Below are positions 14,881-27,870 of a stretch of DNA of 64,000 nt, piece after piece. The number at the start of each line of letters is the position of its first letter. The stretch's first letter is position 1. The DNA lies in the NCBI RefSeq assembly GCF_009914755.1, contig NC_060926.1, one strand, 5' to 3'. The notes under the pieces are model-generated. The model ran no database searches and had not been told where the DNA came from. It worked only from the letters and a program-made list of their open reading frames with translations. A program made the position numbers and the translations under genes. This DNA comes from the human T2T-CHM13v2.0 reference genome, Homo sapiens.

Positions 14881-16964
14881 CTTCCCCTGCTCCTCTGCAC
14901 TCGAGGGCAGCTCCTGACACTCATCACTCTTCTCCACTTCCTGGAGACAGGAGACTCTGATATCCTAGCTTATTTTAGTCAGCTGCCTCCTGGAGCCTGG
15001 CTGCTGGCCTGGGGCCTCGCTGGCCTGGGGCCTCCCTGCCCTGTCCCTTGCCCCTGAGGGGGCAGCCTGGGGCCAGAAGTCACCTCAGAACATGAGCAAG
15101 CCCACACCCAAGCCACAATCTGGATAGCATGCCCCCTGTTCCCCTTCTCCTGCCTGTGAAGCTGGCCTCAAGCCCTCGGTAGGGTGCCACCCTCCCACAG
15201 ACCCTCCTCCCTGCTCCCCACCAAGGCCCACCCACTCGGGTACCCGCTGATCCTTGCCTTCCCCAAGGGTCACTCACGCCATCCCTCAGTGCTCTGTGCC
15301 CCTGGCACCAGTGGCTTGACCCCATCTCACAGCCAGGGTTCAAGGTGGTGTTGGCTCTCTGAGGCCTTTGAGCCTGGCATGGAGCTTAGTGCACTGGAGA
15401 CTAGTGTCAAGGTAGATTTGACACAGGGCACTCTAAATTGTGTACCCCGGACCAGCGGTCCATCCTGTTTCTGCAGCTGAGATGGGTGCAGTGGCAAAGG
15501 GCACGTGCCTACCTCCAAGGTCTCCAGTAATTCCCTTCCAGCCCCAAACTTGCCCATCCTACTCAGCAACACCAACACTGTGCTGCAAGGGCACTCAGCC
15601 CTGCCGCCCTCCACAAGGGCCACTTAAGAAACAAACAGCATCTGTTGTTGTTCAAGCTTGTCTCTGGAGGCCTCAATTATTCCTCCCTCTCTGGGAGGAG
15701 ATCTCATAAATATAGTTTTCTCCATCTCACCACTTTTCCTGGGATATTTTTGCACCCCTGAGAGACTGGTGTCAGGGGCCACTGACAAGCCAGGCCAGCC
15801 CTTCCATTTTCACTATTTGCTGGGCATTGTCACACATGATCCTGGGATGCACAGGGAATGAGACAGAAATATCTTGACACACATGGATGAGGGCCCCCTG
15901 TGTTGCCAGGATGGGAACTGCAGGGTTGGCCCCATTGCTGTGGAGCACTGTGCTGGTGGAGGGAATTGGGGCACAAGTTCCACTCCTGGAGCATGGGGAG
16001 CAATGATGCCCACCATGGAACCAGGCAATCAGACTCACAGGCAGCACCAGAGGCCATTCAACTGTGTGGGCTCAGGCGGTGCTTGAACCATCCTTGCCTT
16101 GCTTTCCATGCTTCTGAGAGAATAGGACCTCCAAGTGCCCCTGCCTCCCTTCACCACCCTTCCTGCCCATCTTCAGCCTAAGTCAAGGTATGCTGGCTCA
16201 AGAAGCTCTCACCCCACCAACACCTACCCTTCTCTCTGCTCACTGGCTGTGTTTCTGATGCAGGCTTCTTCAAATATCAGGGTCCTCCTGAGTGCTGACA
16301 TTTGACCCCTGGATGCCCCTACTGCAGCAGCAGCACAGGAATCCTAGAGGTCTCCGGAGATGGCCCTCTTTACTGCCCTGGATGACACCCCTCACACCAG
16401 GGTGGGCAGCCCTTTCCCCTGCACCCATCAAGGACAAGGCTGGGGTTCTCCACAGATCTGAGGGACAAACAGTTTCATCTTTCACACCAGCAATTGTTTT
16501 CCACCTGGGACTCCCTGCAACTTCGTCTCTAGTCATGGAGAGAGCTCTGGGGCCCATTACTGATGTCTGGAATGGGCACAGCAAGAAGGGCATAGGCTCA
16601 CATGTGGCACATTTGACACAGCTGCCTGAGAACCTTCCCCTACTAGCTCCACACTGGAGAGGGCCTGCTGAAGCTCTCCATGGGAGAGTCCTGGAGCCCA
16701 TGAAAGCATGGGGTGAGAGCAGGCAGGACACAGGGCAGAGTCCACCCTCCTTCCATCAGGCCTCTGAGCAGGAGTCAGAGGACAACTGGGGCAAGGAGTT
16801 CTGCCCACCCACTTTGAAGAGAACCTGAGGGTCCAGAGGATTAAATGTAATGGGTCTGCCATTTGCAGGTGCCCGTCTGTACCCTCACACTCTATAGGAA
16901 CACCTTACATGTCATCTCTACCTCTCAACACGCTCCTCAATCTTAAAGTAGTTGATGTTATCAC

Positions 16965-17610
<646 letters not shown>

Positions 17611-20142
17611 ACGTGGCACATTTTAAATGTGAGCAAGTCAAGGCTCAGAGAGGTTTAGCGGTCTGTCTGAGACCATATATCTGGTAAGCAGTAGAGCCAG
17701 CTGTGACTCCAAAGCCAGTGCTCTTTCCATGCTGCTCCAGGAATGGCCCCAACCATGCCCTCTCTCTGCCCATCCCCTCTCTGTCGGGCCCTGTCTGAGC
17801 CTCTGCTCTCTGGGTCTGGTCCCTGCCACCACCTCTGCAGATGCCCTGGTGCATCCCGGGTGCTGTGGGGACAGTTCTCCTGCCTCTAGCTCAGCCAAGG
17901 CCAGGATGGAATTTTCCAACAGAATTTCTCTAGGAAACTATGGAGAAAACAAAACAAAACAGAAAATGAAAACCCCAAATCAGAGACACACTCCCAGAGC
18001 CCAGGGTCCCCAGCCTTAGATAACCAAGGCTGCCCCAGTTTGCTGGGAAAACTCACTTCTCCAACAAATATTTACTGGGCAGCTGCTCCGGGCCAGGCTC
18101 TGCCAGAGGGCGAGGAGCACAGGTACAGACGAGGTAGCCAAGTCCCTGCCCTCTCAGGCTGTCCTCTCAGAGGAGGTCCCTGGGCACAGACCCAGCCCTG
18201 CTGGGGTGAAAGCAGGTCTGTTGTTAGGAGCTGCATCTTCTCCTGCATCATCCTGAGCCATGACCCCATGGGAGCCCGCTTTCCCAGAGCCCACCTCCCC
18301 ACTTGCCCCTCCCAGAGTATCTCACCCACTTCCTCCTCTGTTGCCCCCCAACTCCAGTGCCCCTCCCAGCCTTACTATAGACACCATGTCCCGCCCAGGC
18401 AGGTGGCCACTCCCCTCTCCCACCCGCTTCCACCTGCCCTGGGGAATGTCTTTCAAGATGACCCTTCTGGGGCTCAGCCACCTAGATTTCACCAGGACAC
18501 AGGTGAGGGGTGTGACTTGAGCCCAGGTGGGGTTGGGGGATGGAGGCTATGTGGGTGCAGGCTGGAGGGCAGAGGAGGAAGCCTGGTGAGCAGGGAGGAG
18601 AGCTGCTTCCTGAACAATCAACAAGTAGAAAGGTGGGGGGAGCGGGGGGCAGGAGGCTTCAGTTTCCCCTCATCTCTCCTGGGGCAGCACCCAAAACATC
18701 ATTAGAACCATGCTCCTGTCCGACCCCCTCACTTGACAAGAAGGCATCTGAAACCCAGAGAGGTGAGCAGCCTTGCCCAGGGCCACCCAGCAATTTGGTG
18801 GGCCTCCTAGGATCACGTCCTGAGCCTCTAGACTCCGAGACAGCTGAGGAATCCCTCAAAGAGCTGCCAGCTAGGTGCCCACCCAAATCCAGCTGCCAGG
18901 CCAGCAGGGGCAGAGGGGCTGCAGCCTGAGGGGATTTGCAGCTGAACAGCTGCATCAAAGCTGCACCTGACAAACAGGGACCAGTGGAGCCTGCTGCTGT
19001 GGCTGCTCCACCAGCCTTTCCCGCACTGGGAGGAGGAAAGCTGTGTTTAACCCTTGGCTCCCCAGCAATTGACTGGGGAATCCAAGCAGTGGGCCCAGGT
19101 AGTCTCTCATGCTCCGTTCAAGGCTGTGGCTGGGCTGGGCTGGGCTGCGACACCAGGACACCTGGATCCCCCACACCACAGCCCAGCCCTCTTCCCTCTT
19201 AAAGCAGCTCCAGTCCCCATGGGTGGGGAGGAAATTCCATCTGAGTCCCAGCTGCTCTGAGATTGGTGGGGTCCACTCTGCAGCTCCAGAAGGGGCCTGC
19301 CCTCTCCCCGGGGAAATCAAAGGTCAGGACCCTCAGCACCTCCCCCGCCTGCCCTGCCGGAGAGCTGGGGGCCCCATGGGCTGCCACAAGGACAGAAATA
19401 GCCCTGACTTTCCAGGGAGGGAGGCTCTTTTTTGGTCTCCAGTCTGTTCCAGTCCCCTCACAGGCACCACTGCTCCATGGAGCCCGTAAGCTCAGGAAGA
19501 GCCAGGACCATCCCCCTGGGCAAGGCAGGGGTCAGGGGATCAGCAGGAGGCAACAGGAGGCTTGGAGGAGGGGGAGTCGCTGAGGACCCGGAAGTGGGAA
19601 GGGCCAGGATAGGGGAAGGGAGGAAGGGAGGAGAAGGGAGAGCAGAGGAAGGTGGGAACATAGAATCCCAGGGGGTAGTGGTGCGCAGTAAAGGGGCACC
19701 TCATCCTGAAATCACTGCTGATCAATCGCTGGCCTCAAGGCCACGCCAAGGGCAGGAGCCTTTGGCCAGGGTCAGTCCAGGGTGTGAGAAGATCAGAGCA
19801 GACAAGCCCGGGGGAGGGTGCGAGCTGACATCCAGGCCCTTCCAGCGCTGGCCTTCTGACAACAGCCTTTCCCAAGCCCAGATGGAAGAGCGGACGGATG
19901 CGGGAGCACGAAGAATCCCGGAATCTAATTTTAGCCCAGAGTTCCCCGCCTCCCCTGCTGACAGTGAGCAGAGCCTGGGAGGGTGGTAGCCTTGCACCCC
20001 CTGCCAGGGGTCCTGCTCTCGTGGAAGGGCCAGCCAACAGGGAGAGCTGCCAAGAGTGGCTGGGGTCAGCAGGTGAGGCTCCCAAGCTCACACAGGGCAG
20101 GGGCGTTGCTGGACTGGGAAGGACCCAGAGCCTGAGCTCTGG

Positions 20143-20209
20143 TGCTGGAGGCAGGGCTGGTGAAGAGGCAGAGGTTGATGCTGGAGGCAGGGCTGTTGAG
20201 GAGGCAGAG
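20143..20209. repeat. Imperfect 36-bp tandem duplication (TGCTGGAGGCAGGGCTG.TGA.GAGGCAGAG)
   Basis: Read directly. Confidence 0.85.
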
Positions 20210-23200
20210 TGAGGCCAGTGGGTGACACCACTGAGATGAGACTGGGTACGTTTATGTCCTGGTTCTGGATAACCTCAGCCAATTGCCTCTGCCTCAGTTT
20301 CCTTGCCTGTGAAATAGGCATAGTAATCACATCAATTTCAGATGATGCGTATCCGGCCCTAGACCCTAATGTCTTAGGACTGTCATGATTGCTTTCACCA
20401 CGGCATATCTCAGAGGGCCCCAAACTGATCTGTTACTCCAGAACTGGTGCTTAACTTTGTGCTGAGGTACAAAGGTGAGGAAAACACCACCGCCATCCTG
20501 CCCATGAGCCTGATGCTAAGAACAACTGATTAACTCCAGGAACCTTCATGTCTGGACCTCCCAGGGAGCTGGGGCAGGGAGTGGCAGTGGGGGGAAGGCA
20601 GAGATGGAGCCCCAAGCTGGGGAACCCTGGGGACCGCAGGGGCAATCCTGCATGGGCAGACAAGGACACCAAGGCCCAGAGAGGGACCGAGTCCTGCCTA
20701 AGGACAGCCCAACAGGTGGTGGCAGGGACAGGACATGAATCCTGAGTTCCCCACCTTCTCCTGCCCTCCCACCCACAGCAACCAGGATCTGGGAGCAGAA
20801 AGCCCCACCAGTGCCAGGGAAGCCAAAGGCTGCCCAGGTCCGACTCCAGCTGGGCAGATGCCTCCTCCCCAGCCAGCAGCAACCCCATTTGCAGGTGGGA
20901 GTTGGGCAAGGTCTCAGACCCCTTGCCAGTGGCCCCCCACACACAGGGTGGGGACCATGCAGAGGATGGGGAGAGGGTCCAGGGCCAGATGAAGCCACAA
21001 GCCTCCTCCACCTTGAGCACTGATGGCAGATCAGCTGGGCCCTCCTGCCACAGGTCCCTTCTTAAACAAGTGTCAGGAGTCCCTTCAGCCACAGTGCTCC
21101 AAAGAGGAGTTCTCAGCAGCCCCAAAGTTCTCAGCAGCTATCCCAAGGTAGAGCTGGCTCTTAAGGCCCTCTCAAGGGTATCCTTGCCAACTAAGGACCC
21201 AGGCTCTCAGAGGGGAGGTGCCACTGTGGGATATTCCTCATCCTGCTCTGCCCAGCTCCTCTTTAACTGCATTCTGCAGCAGCGCCTCCCTTCCAGCAGG
21301 GACGTCTTAAGAAAGGGGTGTCTGGAAGGATGATGTGACCGGCTGAGACAGCTCCCGTCCACCTGGTGAATTGCCAGGTAAAGCACCCCTGCTGGCCTCA
21401 CACCTGCTCCCCGCACCCACCACCCTCACCTCCAGGTGACTTGCCAGGATTACTCTTGGAGGCAGAGGGCTGCACCCACCCCACTCCCGCCTCTACTGTT
21501 CTCAGCCAGCCTCATCAACCTGTAGCCCTCAGATGGGCTCAGGGCGAAATCAAAAGCAGGTCCTACTCACAGAGAGCTTCAGGAATGGAGCATGAGAGAG
21601 AAGAAAGCCTGATCGGGAGCCAGGTCCTGGGCCCAGCTCCAGCTGCACCCCGTTAGTCAAGGGGCCTGGGCAGGTGCCTGAGACTCCGCCCCCCAGTTCC
21701 TCATCTGAGAACTGAAAGAGACAGCAAAATGGGGACGAGCCCAGCACAGGTCCTGCCACACAGGTCAGCGGATGTTTCCTGAATGTGGGCCTGTTATTCC
21801 TTGAGTTCGGATGCAATTCCTTCAGTGTGAAAGTGTGGCATGATGGGCAACCTGGGTCTAGATCTAGATCTACATCCAGCTCAGCCAGCTGTGTCTGTGT
21901 GACGCCCTCTGAGGCAATTCAACTCCTCTCTCTGGGCCCCAGTCTTTTCCTTCATACAATTCAGTGGTTGGACTGAGCTGTCAGGAATGGAAAGCCTGGG
22001 ACACACCTGCCATCAATTACATATTCTGTGGCAGTGACAGACATGAACAATCAATCACAGCATGGTCACCTGCTGAATCCATCCACGTGCAGTTTCAGGA
22101 TCTTCAGATACCCAGCGCCACTGAATGAGAGCTGGCTGAAGAGATGGAATCACAATTCTTCATCACCTGAATTTCATAGTTTTGTGATTTCAAGACCTAG
22201 AGAGGTCACTTTAAGTCTCAATTTCGTTTTTTGTAAAATGATCATTCTCAGCAAGGTTGTGAGGATTAATGAGATAATGTATTCAAAATGGGCTTGCAAA
22301 CAGTCCTGCTCTAGGAGGGGTACCTTTCCACCACCATTTCCAGAGTCAGGGCAGGGTTCTCTACTCCCAGGCTCAAGGGCCTGCCCCTTGCAGACGCTTA
22401 AGCACTGGGGGACAATGTGGTCAGCAGAAAGAGCCTGGGCCTGGATGACCTCAAACAGGTCATTACAGCTTTCTCAGCCTGCATTTCTCTAGTATAAAAG
22501 GGGCTGATACTTACCTTACAGTCAGGCATAAGGATTAAATGAGGTCATCAGACAAAACCAGAAGAGCCTGGATCAGTAAAAGGGAGTCAATGAACCATCC
22601 TCATCACCCACATCAGGCCTCTGGGTGTCAGCAGTGGGTGCTTCGGCAGGTGTGGGAAGCTGAGAGCAGGGCAGGGCATGTCTTTCTTGTTAAGTCCTCA
22701 GCAAAGCCCATGTCCCCGTGTCTGTCAGTGATGGTGGGTACACTGGAGGTCTCGCTGGTTGTCCCTAGCAGAAGCATGGCCCACGCCAGTATGGAGGTGG
22801 TGAGAGTGAAGATTCTGGGCCAATGTGGAAGTAGAGGGGTGGCCTCACACTGAGGACCCTGGGGCTTCACGTGTCCTCCTTCCTCCCTCCCCTCCCTGGG
22901 CTGGCCACTGGCACTGGCCCTGCCCACGGCCTCCTGCTGCCAGCCTGCCATCTGCCCCCCTGCCCATGGGAGCAGGCCCACCTGGTTCAGGCTCCAGGGA
23001 CTGCCCACTCTGTGGCCACTAAGTAGGGCAGGAAGGCTGTGGCACCAGACCACCCGCGGCTAGCTTGGGGCTGTTTTCAAACCCAGCCACAAATCCACCA
23101 ATCACATCCTTTACACATGCCCTTCCCCCTACCCAAAACACCCTCCCATCTTGCTTCTTGGTGTACTCCTTCTCTTCCTCCAAGACCCAACCCAAAGGCC

Positions 23201-23506
23201 ACCTCCTCCAGAAAACCCTCCCTTTTTTTCCCTCCCAGGGAGCCAGTCTCAGGCTCCTCCAGCCACCCTCACCCATTGGCTTGTGATGATGAGTAAGGAT
23301 GCTTTGTGGACAAAGGCGGGTAGGAAGGGCAGGGGCTTGGGGGAACCAGCCAGCCACATCTCGGGGAGGAGAGGACTACTGGCCCTGGGAGGGAGCCCCA
23401 GGTCATTAGGCCAGCACCCAGAGTCTGCTGTGCCAGCAGCTGAGGAATAACTGCTCCAGGCAGCCTTTGGGCAACAAGGACACCACTTACTTATTACAAA
23501 ATATCC

Positions 23507-23512
23507 TTTATT
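23507..23512 (-). terminator. ADRA2B polyadenylation signal AATAAA (3'UTR about 1.9 kb)
   Basis: TTTATT on the plus strand in an AT-rich pocket downstream of the stop, preceded on the mRNA by a U-run (23533-23547). Confidence 0.8.
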
Positions 23513-25412
23513 GATAAAATAGCTCAGAGTTTAAAAAAAAAAAAAAACACCACCTGCATGTCGCAATAAGAGGTCACAGGCAAGAACACTGGGGGTCCCA
23601 TGGGGCGCACACAAGACCGGCCAGCAGAGGGTCACAGTCAGTCCCTCTCCTGGCCCAGCTCCCCACCACATCCCAGGGCGATACTCTGGCCTCAACAACC
23701 CACTGAGGACCAAGCTGGGAAGCCTCCCACACCCCAGGAAGGACTCTTTTTGGTCCCCTCCATTCTCTCTACACCCAGAAAACTCCCTCGGTGCCCTTCC
23801 AAATCTAGCAGGTCCATCTGGCCCATTCCCCCGACACCTGCCAAGCTAAGATGCCTACTGGCCCAATGTTGAAGCCAGGCCCTCTCCAAGGGAAGGCCGA
23901 TAAACCTCCTTTCCACACTTCCAACTGTTCTGGGTGCCAGGTTTTGGGGTGGGACTGAGAACCAGGAAGCAGGGGTCCTCAATGCACAGCCCCATCAGCA
24001 TTGCGGGGAGCAGCGTGGCTGGGTCCGAGGCAGTCCACAAGCACCCACCTGGGGGGATCAGTTGTGGTTCACAAGGACTCATTTGGGGCTTGGAGACCTG
24101 GCCGGGCACTCCAGTGGGAGGCTCCCCTAGGGGCGCACCAGGCTCTGATGCCAGTACCCCACCTGGGGGCGCTGCCACCTGTCACAGGCTCTCATCTTAG
24201 ACTGTTGCCGAGGTGTGGATATTTTGAGCTGTCTTGGGGAGACAATTTGCCTCCTTGATGACAAAAGACTTATCCCCCACTGGGGAGACCCAAGCCACTA
24301 AAAACCCTCTTGGTGTTGCCGGTGAAATGTCGAAACGTTGTCATGTAGCGTAATAACTCAGACCTTTGCAGCCAGAAGAACACATTCTCAAAGAGATCCT
24401 TTAACTTGAAATAGTGATTCTGTCTGCCACTCCCGGCTTCCAGTTCGGGGTAGGAATTCACACACCCCAGGGACAGAACAAAAGTCTACAGGAAGACAGG
24501 TGGTGGTAAACACAGAGGAAAGGGATTTTTATATCACCATATAATCACATTTTTGGTTCTCTAGTGTGTTCCCCCACAGAGCTCAAAGCTTTCTGCAAAG
24601 CCTTTCATCTCCCTGCAGCAAGTAGGCAGTGAGCTATTGTCGCCCCGATTTTTGCAGGGGGTGAATGCCAGTGATCGGGGATCTCCCGTCGAGGCAGAGA
24701 CCAGGCCTCCAAGACCGCCCCAGCGAGGCATCCACGTGGCCACCCACCTACCGGAGGGGTGCTGGGTAAGGAAGCCGATCCATTGTTCTGGCTTTCAAAG
24801 GAACCACAGATCCGAAAACAGGCAAAGGGGGAAAGGAGGGCCCAGAGACGATGCCACCCCATAAGCCCCCATCCCAGCGCCTGCCAGGGACCGCGAGTGC
24901 CTAGCGTGGGTGATCAGTCTTCGTTTCTTCCTCCCCCTCAGCAGCAGGCCCCACTGGGAAAAGTGGAAGGCTGGCTCCGTGCTCTTTGTGGGTGGGGGGG
25001 AGATGAAAAAGAAACGAAAACACCACAAGCAAGTGACCTGCCAGGAACACAAGGTCCTCAAGAAAGGGAAGCCCAGACATTGGTCTGGAGAGCATGGGGC
25101 TCTGGGAAGAAAGTGCTCTCTCTTCTCCTGGTCTTGGCTATGTTCCAGAGGATTTGAACCACCTCCATCGGCCTGTGCTCAGGGAGAGGGTGGAGAAGGG
25201 GTCCCCCACAGCTAAGCCGGCAAGGGGAAGCTTCACTGGGACCCTTGCTAGCAGCCCCCCTGCCCACCCCTCCCAAGGGGTTCCTAAGATGAGGCCTACA
25301 GGATCTGGGCAGGGAGCAGAAAGCCCAGGGGAGGCAGCCACACACAGCAGGGCAAGAAGCAGGGTGACCCCGGCGCCACCGCACCAACCCCACAGGGGCA
25401 GCGCAGGCGGGC

Positions 25413-26765
25413 TCACCAGGCCGTCTGGGTCCACGGGCGGCACAGGATCCTCCGGAAGGCACGGCGGAAGTCCTGGTTGAAGATGGTGTAGATAACAGGG
25501 TTCAGTGAGCTGTTGCAGTAGCCGATCCAGAAGAAGAACTGGAAGAGGCCATGGGGCACCTTGCAGTGCTTCGGGCAGATGGCGCCCAGGCTGTAGCTGA
25601 AGAAGAAGGGGAACCAGCAGAGCACAAAAACGCCAATGACCACAGCCAGCACGAAGGTGAAGCGCTTCTCCCGGGTCAGCTGCGCCCGTCGACGCCACCA
25701 CTGCCCACCTATAGCACCCACGCCCCTGCCCAGGAGCACCTGGCCACGTAGGGTGGCCAGCACCCGGGAGCCCTGTGGCTGCTGCAGCGGGGGGCTGCAA
25801 GCTGAGGCCGGAGACACTGGCACTGCCTGGGGTTCACACTCTTCCTCCTCCTCCTCCTCCTCTTCCTCCTCTTCAGCTTCATCCTCTGGAGATGCCCCAC
25901 AAACACCCTCCTTCTGGCCCTGGCCTGAGTTGGGAAGGGCAGCCCAACTGGGTGGCAAGGCCCGGGTCCCAGTATCTTCAGGGGTCTCCCCCTCCTCCTT
26001 CTCCCCAGTGGACTTCGAGTGTCCGTTGACCTCTCTGGCAGAAGCCACAGAGGCCAGGGCTGGCAGTTTGGCTGAGGCCAAAGCCCCACCATGGTCGGGT
26101 CGGGGCTGCTTGGACTCACCCTGCCCAGGCCCCGCCTTGGCCCTGGGACCTCTGCGGTTGCTGCGTTTGGCGATCAGGTAGATGCGCAGGTAGACAAGGA
26201 TCATGATGAGGCAAGGAGCAAAGAAAGATCCGATGCTGGAGGCCAGGATGTACCAGGCCTCCTGGTTGAGCTTGCACTGGGGGCGCCCGCGCGGCTGGGG
26301 GCCCTGGTCGCCCTTGTAGATGAGGGGCGGCAGCGAGATGACGGCGGCGATGAGCCACACAGTGAGGATGATGCACTTGATGCGGCGCGGGGTGCGCTTG
26401 GAGTTGTACTCCAGCGCGCGGCTCACGGCCCAGTAGCGGTCCAGGCTGATGGCGCACAGGTGCACGATGGACGAGGTGCAGAAGAGCACGTCGAGCGCCA
26501 GGTACACCTCGCACCACGTGCGCCGGAAGTACCAGTAGCCCAGCAGCTCGTTGGCCAGCGAGAAAGGGATGATGAGCGTGGCCACCAGGATGTCGGCGGC
26601 GGCCAGCGACACCAGGAACAGGTTCTGAGGGGCGCGCAGCGAGCGGCTGGTCAACACAGCCAGGATGACCAGAGCGTTGCCGAAGATGGTAAAGAGAATG
26701 AGGAAGGTGATGGCCGCCGCTATGGCCGCTGTGGCCTGCACGGAGTAGGGGTCCTGGTGGTCCAT
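25413..26765 (-). CDS. ADRA2B: Alpha-2B adrenergic receptor, intronless class A GPCR, 450 aa
   Basis: ATG at 26765 starts [30 protein letters not shown]. Has the DRY motif (SLDRYWAV), CWFPFF, NPVIY, an acidic Glu12 tract in the third intracellular loop and the C-terminus [10 protein letters not shown]. 1353 nt = 451 codons. Confidence 0.99.
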   Translation of the reverse strand: MDHQDPYSVQATAAIAAAITFLILFTIFGNALVILAVLTSRSLRAPQNLFLVSLAAADILVATLIIPFSLANELLGYWYFRRTWCEVYLALDVLFCTSSIVHLCAISLDRYWAVSRALEYNSKRTPRRIKCIILTVWLIAAVISLPPLIYKGDQGPQPRGRPQCKLNQEAWYILASSIGSFFAPCLIMILVYLRIYLIAKRSNRRGPRAKAGPGQGESKQPRPDHGGALASAKLPALASVASAREVNGHSKSTGEKEEGETPEDTGTRALPPSWAALPNSGQGQKEGVCGASPEDEAEEEEEEEEEEEECEPQAVPVSPASACSPPLQQPQGSRVLATLRGQVLLGRGVGAIGGQWWRRRAQLTREKRFTFVLAVVIGVFVLCWFPFFFSYSLGAICPKHCKVPHGLFQFFFWIGYCNSSLNPVIYTIFNQDFRRAFRRILCRPWTQTAW

Positions 26766-27870
26766 GACGGGGCGGGAGGTGGGCAGAGGGAGCGCTGCCC
26801 GCCCAGTGCGCACCGTGGACGACAGCGCTGCCCGGCTCGGCTAGACAAGAGCGTCGCCCCTCCGGCGGCGCCGAGGGCGCTGGAGCCCCATGGCCTGGAC
26901 GAGCGGGGCCTAGGAGGTCGGGAACACCCAGGACCAGCAGCCGCCCTCCTACATCCTCCTCCACCGGTGCCCGGGGTCCCTGCCGTCCGCCCCAGAGAAG
27001 TTTCCCAAGTTGTCCCGCCGCCGTCCCCGTCCCGCCCGGGACCGGAGAAAGTCGCGCCCTCCCGCCACGCGGATGCCGTACGCTCTGGGGGCGCGGGCCG
27101 GGCTGGGCCGGTTCTTAAAGGAGGCGCGGAGGACCTTGCGCCCGCTCAGCTCGCAGGCTTTCGCCCCAGCCGCGCCTGCAGGGGAGTGGGGAGCGGGGAG
27201 AGCGGCTGGAGGAAGGCGGAGACTGGAGGCGGGCGCGGGAGCGGGCGGGAGGCGGGGCGGTGGGCGGACCGAGGTGGGCTGAAGGTGCGCTTCGCGGGAG
27301 GCGTGAGCCCGGGACTTCCCGCGCCCGGACCCCGCCCAGCGCCTCTACCTGCCTTCCTCCCGGCGGCCGCGCCTCGGGAGAGCGGAGGGGCCCGGCGGCC
27401 GGGGTCTCCGGCCCCCAGGCAGGACGCGCGCAGCTGTGGAGGGGTCGGTGGGTGCCGGGAGCCGGGACGCGGAGCTAGCGCGCGGGCCGGCACCGGGACG
27501 GGACACTTCTCCCGGGGGAACCGGGCTGGGCCCGGCGCCGGTGCGCCCTGCTCTGCCTTCCGCCGCTCGGGAGCCCGCAGGGAGGGCAGGGCGGGCGTGG
27601 GGCTGGGGCGCCGGGTCGCAATACACCACAACCCCGCCCGGCTCGGCCGTGGAGACGCCCTGCGGAGAGGTGGGGGAGCGGGGAGCGGGGAGCCGGTCCC
27701 GACCCTTTCCCAGGCGCTGCCCCTCGCGGACCAGCTCCGTCGGGCCAGCGCCGCGCGAGGAGGGCGCGTCCCGGCCTGCGAGCGCCCCCTGCTGCCGCCC
27801 GCGGGCCCAGCCCGTCAGCGGCAGCCCGGGTCCCGGAGCCAGCGCTCGCAGCCTGGGTCTTAGGACTTCG
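26250..27870. promoter_or_regulatory. CpG island covering the ADRA2B promoter, 5'UTR and 5' CDS
   Basis: Very high GC and CpG density, several GGGCGG GC boxes (27230-27270) and G-run clusters. Confidence 0.9.
26841..26891 (-). other. Upstream ORF in the ADRA2B leader, MGLQRPRRRRRGDALV* (16 aa)
   Basis: GCCATGG strong Kozak at 26891 and TAG at 26843-26841. It is in frame with the main ATG (126 nt upstream). Assumes the TSS lies upstream of 26891. Confidence 0.6.

Noticed and set aside
20340-20430. Possible C/D box snoRNA (gatgatg ... ctga)
   Set aside because: No proper RUGAUGA C box or terminal stem, and it is not in an intron of a host gene.
26766-26813. ORF-track N-terminal extension MRTGRAALP... 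making ADRA2B 466 aa
   Set aside because: It starts at a GTG, not an ATG; the recognised protein starts MDHQD at 26765.
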